A stretch of DNA of 64,000 bases, taken from contig JASFYF010000001.1 of the NCBI GenBank assembly GCA_030055465.1, positions 163,179-227,178 of the forward strand. Direction: 5' to 3'. The stretch is from Candidatus Nezhaarchaeota archaeon. GTDB lineage: Archaea > Thermoproteota > Methanomethylicia > Nezhaarchaeales > WYZ-LMO8. Below are positions 59,059 through 64,000 of this stretch, in pieces. The translations under genes were made by a program, and so were the position numbers. The notes under the pieces are model-generated. The model made no database searches and was not told the origin of the DNA. It saw only the letters and a program-made list of their open reading frames with translations. Within the stretch, counting starts at the first letter, position 1. Each line of letters opens with the position of its first letter.

Positions 59059-59400
59059 AGAGAACGGCGACGCTGAGACTAGTACCGGACAGAGATTCCG
59101 GGGGCAAGCTCAAGCTGCTGTGCTCGCTGTCAGCTAAGCTCTGAAACGAGGTCAACTAAGTTGGCGAGGAGAATACATCCACGACTTGCCCGCTCCGTAG
59201 AGCCAAAGACGGATACCGCAAGAGAGTATGTAGAGGATTACTGAGATGCTACAAACGCAGTAGGGTGTTCAACGCAGACCTAGCAGAAGCACACAGCATA
59301 ATGCTCAAAGCGAAAACCATACCCCATGCGGGTTTAGGGGTAACGCGCCCGAGACCGGGCGCAGGGCTAAACCGGGAGTGTAGCTCTAAACCCCCCCGGA
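59055..59400 (+). pseudogene. tnpB: tnpB relic with two nonsense codons and a large in-frame internal deletion
   Basis: MKRTATLRLVP...SAKL*NEVN* joined to EENTSTTCPL...RGLLRC...FNAD. Confidence 0.85.
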
Positions 59401-59432
59401 ACCCTCATCCTTTAGGGCGGGGAGGAGATCAA
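59330..59432 (+). ncRNA. Putative omegaRNA (reRNA) scaffold of the IS605 right end; guide would continue into 59433 onward
   Basis: GGGGTAACGCGCCCGAGACCGGGCGCAGGGCTAAACC hairpin and right-end hairpin retained; position matches the TnpB omegaRNA paradigm; expression unproven. Confidence 0.5.
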
Positions 59433-59434
59433 CG

Positions 59435-60880
59435 TTAACTCTCAGCTTCTCGTTGGTGTAGGCGTTCCACAGGAGCTGCGCGCTCAATGTTTATGCAGCC
59501 GGGGTCTGGACCGGTGACGAGACCTAAATAAGCGTAGGCCCTAGCCCTGCATCCCCCGCACACGTACCTGTAACTGCATCTGCAACATGGTTCCTCAAAG
59601 TCATCCCTATTCCTTAAGCATAGGAGCAACCTTGATGTTGCCCATATATCCTCGAAGCTTCGCTCCCTAAGCGAGCCAACCTTAACGGGCAGGAAAACGC
59701 AGGGAACTACATCGCCGTTCGGCTCTATGGCGGCGTATATTCTGCCGGCGCCGCAGCCTCCTATAAACTCGGCTAAAGCCACTGTTGCAGGATCAGCAAC
59801 AACCGCGAAGTGCGTTGGAGCTACCACCCTGCCGCAGCTCTCCTGTATAGCTACCCTAGCCAGCTGGGGAGCTGTGGATAATACCTCGATCTTCCTTGTG
59901 GTTGCAAGCCTGTAGATCACCTTCAAGATTTCCTCCCTCTCCTCGGGGGTTAAATCCCACATTGAGATTTCCGTGCCCCTGCCCACAGGTATAAAATTGA
60001 AGAACACCACCCTTCTGACCCCAAGTTCCTCGCATAAATCAACGATCTCCTCAACCTCATGCTTGTTTAAAGAGGTTAAAGTCGTAGCCACCCCTGTTGT
60101 CAGGCCTACTTCAACGCAGTTTCTTATTCCTCTAACAGCCTTCTCCCATGCTCCTGGGAGGCCCCTAAAACTATCATGTTTCCTCGGGTTCGCTGAGTCC
60201 AAGCTGACTTCAACGTATCTCACACCCAAGTCCTTGAGCTTTTCAGCCATGCTCCTAGATATTAACGTACCATTCGTCGCCACCGAGACGTAGATGCCTC
60301 TGGAGGCAGCTTCGCGCGCCACAACCGGAAACTCTGGGTGGAGCAGCGGCTCTCCACCCGAAAAGGCCACAGCCGCTACGTAAGCCCTATCAAGATCATC
60401 GATTACTTTAAGCTTCTCCTGCAGGGTCAACTCGTCGGGTAGGGGCTTCTCAGCCCTTTGATAGCAGTGCTTGCACTTCAAGTTGCACATGCTGGTGAGG
60501 TTCCACACGACCAAGAACGGTGCGGGTAGCCTCTGGGGTTTAGTGACGCCGTATTCGGCTATCCCCCTCAATACTAGGGCCAATCCCCTTCTAACAGCGG
60601 GATCCCTGACGTAGTCCTTAACCGCGTCTGAATCTAGGCGCATCAGCCCAACGATGGCACTCAGGGCGAGCTTCAAAACGTAGGTGTCCAGCCTGCAGAG
60701 GCTTAACAAGTGTTGGTCATGCTCAACTAGAAGGTTAAGGGCGTGTTCTAACCTAGACTTATAACCGTGAGGGCATTCGGAAGTCGTGCGCCTTATCATT
60801 AACCGGAAAAGCCTGTTGCCAGCAGCCAACCTTATGGCCTGCACCAAGCCCTTGATGTTCAAGGGCACCGCCGAGAACAT
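59435..60880 (-). CDS. Radical SAM/SPASM protein with N-terminal extension (NirJ/AhbC-like family)
   Basis: VVWNLTSMCNLKCKHCY, SGGEP, GCGAGR...PC, CCRCSYRYVCGGCRARA. Confidence 0.9.
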   Translation of the reverse strand: MFSAVPLNIKGLVQAIRLAAGNRLFRLMIRRTTSECPHGYKSRLEHALNLLVEHDQHLLSLCRLDTYVLKLALSAIVGLMRLDSDAVKDYVRDPAVRRGLALVLRGIAEYGVTKPQRLPAPFLVVWNLTSMCNLKCKHCYQRAEKPLPDELTLQEKLKVIDDLDRAYVAAVAFSGGEPLLHPEFPVVAREAASRGIYVSVATNGTLISRSMAEKLKDLGVRYVEVSLDSANPRKHDSFRGLPGAWEKAVRGIRNCVEVGLTTGVATTLTSLNKHEVEEIVDLCEELGVRRVVFFNFIPVGRGTEISMWDLTPEEREEILKVIYRLATTRKIEVLSTAPQLARVAIQESCGRVVAPTHFAVVADPATVALAEFIGGCGAGRIYAAIEPNGDVVPCVFLPVKVGSLRERSFEDIWATSRLLLCLRNRDDFEEPCCRCSYRYVCGGCRARAYAYLGLVTGPDPGCINIERAAPVERLHQREAES

Positions 60881-60955
60881 ATGGCGAGGGTCGAAGAGAA
60901 AAGCTTTGCCCCCTCAAGTTCATTGGCTCCAAGCGTGCCCACTTCAAGGGCCGAC

Positions 60956-62008
60956 TTAACGCCGTGGAAGCGCGTTCGCTATGTCGAGCAAGTCGTTCAG
61001 GAGGGCGTAACCAGTCGGTTTCCCTCCGGCCCCAGCCCCTATAATAGTGACTTCGCCCAGAGCTTCCGTCTCAAACCTCAAAGCGTTTAAAACGCCTGAA
61101 ACAGACGCAAAGACGTCAGTTAAAGGCACCAGTTCAGGAGAGACCCTAGCGGAGAGGCTGCCGCCATTCCTCGAGATTTCGGCCAGCAGCTTAATCTTGA
61201 ATCCCCGTTTCATAGCGTCCAACACTTCACGCACCGTCAAGCCTCTTATACCTCTACGCTTAACGTCTTGAGGTTTCAAGTCTGCGCCCATCAACACGTT
61301 GGCGAGTATCGCGGTTTTCGCCGCAGCATCCCAGCCATCAACGTCCAATGATGGGTCGGCTTCAGCGTATCCCAGCTCCTGGGCTTTGCGTAGCGCCTCC
61401 TCATAGCTTATGCCGCTCTCCATCTCGCTCAATATGAAGTTCGTCACGCCGTTTACGATTCCCCTTATCGCCTTAACCTCCTGGGCGGCTAGGCAGTACC
61501 ACCTTAAATTGAACGTGGGCGTGCCGCTTAGCACGGTGCCTTCAAACCTCAGCTTCACGTTTTTGGCCTTAGCTATGCTCATCAACTCTCGGTAAGCTAA
61601 AGCTATGGGTCCCTTATTGGTTGTAGCCACGTTCTTGCCCATATTCAAGGCCTCCCTTATATGGGTTAGCCCAGGCTCACCTGTCTCAATGTTGGTCCAT
61701 GTAACCTCTACCACGGTGTCCGAGGCTGTTTCCCTTATTGCCTCCAAGTTGCTTAAGTCCCTCTTGGCTGGCAAATCATAGATGTCAAGCCTTCTGCCAC
61801 CCTCAACTATGCTTAAAGCTCGCTTCAGATCCAACCCGTCTTCGTTGATTATGGTGCCCCACTTCAAGTCGCATATCCCTACAACCTTTACCTCGACGCC
61901 AAACCTATTCGCCAATACCTCCCTGCTCTCGAGGAGGAGCTCGGTGAAGCCTCTCCCAACAACGCCGAAGCCCACTAAGAGCGTGCTGAGCTTATTCATG
62001 AAGCCCAC
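60956..62008 (-). CDS. hom: Homoserine dehydrogenase
   Basis: GFGVVG, TTNKGP, FEGTVLSGTP, GIVNGVTN, GYAEADP..DVDGWDAAAK, GAGAGG. Confidence 0.95.
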   Translation of the reverse strand: MGFMNKLSTLLVGFGVVGRGFTELLLESREVLANRFGVEVKVVGICDLKWGTIINEDGLDLKRALSIVEGGRRLDIYDLPAKRDLSNLEAIRETASDTVVEVTWTNIETGEPGLTHIREALNMGKNVATTNKGPIALAYRELMSIAKAKNVKLRFEGTVLSGTPTFNLRWYCLAAQEVKAIRGIVNGVTNFILSEMESGISYEEALRKAQELGYAEADPSLDVDGWDAAAKTAILANVLMGADLKPQDVKRRGIRGLTVREVLDAMKRGFKIKLLAEISRNGGSLSARVSPELVPLTDVFASVSGVLNALRFETEALGEVTIIGAGAGGKPTGYALLNDLLDIANALPRR

Positions 62009-62153
62009 ACGCTTAAGCTGTGTTGAGCTTACTAATTAAACTCTTTTTCTTTGTCAAAGCAGTCCCTTCTTCAGACCTAAGGCAGGGAGAGTTGGGAGCG
62101 TCAGACGGCGATAACTTTCTTAGACCTAGAGCACAGAAACTTCTAGATACAGT

Positions 62154-62942
62154 ATGGTCGTCGTAAATTCGAGGCTCGTATACTCTAAAGTTAAGAAGTA
62201 TGAGAGGTTGACGAAGTTCTTCAGAATGCTTGAACTCAACGATGAGGTTCAGGCTTTGCTTAGAATGGCCAACACCATGGCTGTGACGAGGCTCTTCTAC
62301 AACGACCACGGCGTTGTCCACTCCCGAACGGTCTCCGGTTCAGCCCTAGAGATTATGGATGTGCTTGAACAAAGGGGGGTTCAACCATCAATTGTAAAGG
62401 ATGGGGAGGGAAGCCTTGAAGACTCCAGAATAGTGGTGCTGGGCGGAGCGTACCTTCACGACGTGGGAAACGCAATCCACAGGGAGGCCCATCATGTTCA
62501 TGGGGTATTTTTAGCTAATGAACTCCTGAAGAAGATGATGTCGAAGCTCTACAGCGACGACAAGCATAAGGCCCACATCATAAGGCAGGAGGTGCTCCAC
62601 GCGATATTCTCCCACGACGAAAACGTGACCTCTTTAACCATTGAGTCCGGGGTGGTCAAAGTGGCCGACGGCACTGACATGGCTGAGGGCAGAGCCAGGG
62701 TACCCTATAAGCTGGGCAAAAGCGATATACACGGCTTCTCAGCTCTGGCAATTAAGAGGGTCGAAATAAGTGAGGGCGTGAGTAGGCCGTTAAAGATCAC
62801 GGTGGACATGGATAACGAGGCGGGTATATTCCAGGTGGAGGAGGTTTTAGGGGCTAAGATCAGGGGGTCAAGCATATCTAGCCTAGTTGAGGTTCAAGCC
62901 CTAAAGAGGGGTGAGCTACTGAAGAGCTGGAAGGCCATTTAA
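62154..62942 (+). CDS. HD-domain phosphohydrolase
   Basis: YNDHGVVH, AYLHDVGN, SHDE, VADGTD. Confidence 0.9.
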   Translation: MVVVNSRLVYSKVKKYERLTKFFRMLELNDEVQALLRMANTMAVTRLFYNDHGVVHSRTVSGSALEIMDVLEQRGVQPSIVKDGEGSLEDSRIVVLGGAYLHDVGNAIHREAHHVHGVFLANELLKKMMSKLYSDDKHKAHIIRQEVLHAIFSHDENVTSLTIESGVVKVADGTDMAEGRARVPYKLGKSDIHGFSALAIKRVEISEGVSRPLKITVDMDNEAGIFQVEEVLGAKIRGSSISSLVEVQALKRGELLKSWKAI

Positions 62943-63005
62943 GAGGCGTGCTTGAAAAAGCTTAAAGTCCACGAAAGATGCTTACTGAAATGTTGGGGAA
63001 AGGAA

Positions 63006-63545
63006 ATGGACGTGCTGGAGGCTATTAAAAGCAGGAGGAGCATTAGAAAGTTTAGGAAAGAAAGTCTCCCTCCAAAAACAGTCAGAGAGATCCTAGAGGC
63101 GGGCCGCTGGGCTCCTTCAGCTAGGAACAGTCAGCCTTGGAGGTTCATAGTGATAAGGGACGAGGAACTTAAGAGGAGGATAGCTGAAGCAACGTCAGCG
63201 GGCAAGTTCCTTGCCGATGCATCCATTGGTGTGGCCGTGGTCGTCAACCCCAAAGCTACTAGGCACCCGGTGGAGGACGGCGCCAATGCCACCATGAATA
63301 TGCTGCTGGCGGCCCATTCCATGGGTTTAGGAGCTTGCTGGATTGGAAGTTACGGCTCACCTTACGAGGAGGAGGTTAAGCAACTGCTCGAGGTGCCGAG
63401 GGATTGGCTCCTGATCTCGATAATAGCTCTAGGTTACCCTGCCGAGAAGCCTGAATCAAGCAGAATTGAGCTCAAGGAGCTGGTTTACGTAGATAGGTTC
63501 GGATCTAAGGAGAGGTTGGAGGAGGTTGCTGGCTTCAACGCCTAA
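63006..63545 (+). CDS. Nitroreductase family protein
   Basis: RRSIRKF, APSARNSQPWRF, MLLAAHSMGLGACWIG, LGYP; start trimmed from 62952. Confidence 0.92.
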   Translation: MDVLEAIKSRRSIRKFRKESLPPKTVREILEAGRWAPSARNSQPWRFIVIRDEELKRRIAEATSAGKFLADASIGVAVVVNPKATRHPVEDGANATMNMLLAAHSMGLGACWIGSYGSPYEEEVKQLLEVPRDWLLISIIALGYPAEKPESSRIELKELVYVDRFGSKERLEEVAGFNA

Positions 63546-63706
63546 CAGCGCGTGAAGGCTTTATGTTGTTTTTTAGCTCAAATCACCGATCGCCTGCATT
63601 ACAAAGTTGTTGGTTTAAGTCATATGGTCAAAATCTTAAGCTTTGCTGAAAATCTTATAAGCAAGCTCAGCGCTAAGAGCACCTGTTTAATATAGGGTGA
63701 TTAACG

Positions 63707-64000
63707 ATGCCAAATATAGAGGGCCTAGTAAACGATTTAAAGGCGAAGGAGGTATCAACAATCGATGACCTTAAAGAGGTGTACGCAAAAACATACGCCT
63801 TCAAAACAATAGCTGTGAGCGGAAAAACCCATCAAATATCAATGCCGGACGAGGTTTTCTCAATGCTTAAAAACATGACTAAAATGCTTAAGAAAGCTGG
63901 GGTTAAAGGTAAAATAAACGTAAACGACTTAACGATGCTGCTAGTGCTCTTGGGCTACTCGAAGCTTAACAGAATACTTCAAGAAGCTAACGTGACGACA
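63707..64000 (+). CDS. Lower-GC hypothetical protein, possibly ribbon-helix-helix-like; runs off the window end (not in ORF track)
   Basis: 98 open codons MPNIEGLVNDLK...KTHQISMPDEVFSMLKNM...NDLTMLLVLLG; GGGTGA RBS. Confidence 0.7.
   Translation, partial: MPNIEGLVNDLKAKEVSTIDDLKEVYAKTYAFKTIAVSGKTHQISMPDEVFSMLKNMTKMLKKAGVKGKINVNDLTMLLVLLGYSKLNRILQEANVTT

Larger units (their letters stand above)
58545..59432 (+). mobile_element. IS200/IS605-family element, internally deleted (888 bp)
   Basis: TTAC target at 58541-58544, AAAG at the foot of the left-end hairpin, tnpA, tnpB relic, right-end GAAC + hairpin + TCAA. Confidence 0.88.

Noticed and set aside
1-64000. tRNA/rRNA genes, selenocysteine or pyrrolysine readthrough, inteins
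   Set aside because: No cloverleaf T-loop context, no stop at a catalytic position of an otherwise intact enzyme, and no unexplained insertions seen by eye; tRNAscan-SE would be decisive

Overview
Archaeal chromosomal window with dense coding, frequent GTG/TTG starts and GGAGG/GGTGA-type RBSs. CdvB, L35Ae, a crenarchaeal-type SpeD paralog and Bathyarchaeia-style hypothetical proteins suggest a TACK archaeon (inference). About 55 protein genes, dominated by metal and redox functions: a GlcD-HdrD pair, two soluble DMSO-reductase-family enzymes (one DmsA/transhydroxylase-like, one acetylene-hydratase-like lacking Asp13), tandem MoeA genes, a TupABC tungstate transporter, a DsrE/DsrH/Fe-S fusion cluster, a Feo operon with an atypical DtxR-FeoA fusion, Prx/SOR, Mrp and four radical SAM proteins. 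Non-standard elements: a 42-bp tandem repeat encoding a membrane-anchored coiled coil (missed by the ORF track), a stand-alone serine recombinase with a Zn ribbon and an adjacent candidate crossover site, a ~2.9 kb gene-free region with a very AT-rich core, an 888-bp IS200/IS605 element with collapsed tnpB but retained ends and probable omegaRNA scaffold, two pseudogenes (DUF134, DUF1614), and a 39-bp exact DNA match between the two moeA paralogs. No rRNA, tRNA or CRISPR array was recognised. All family assignments come from motif recognition by eye, not database searches.
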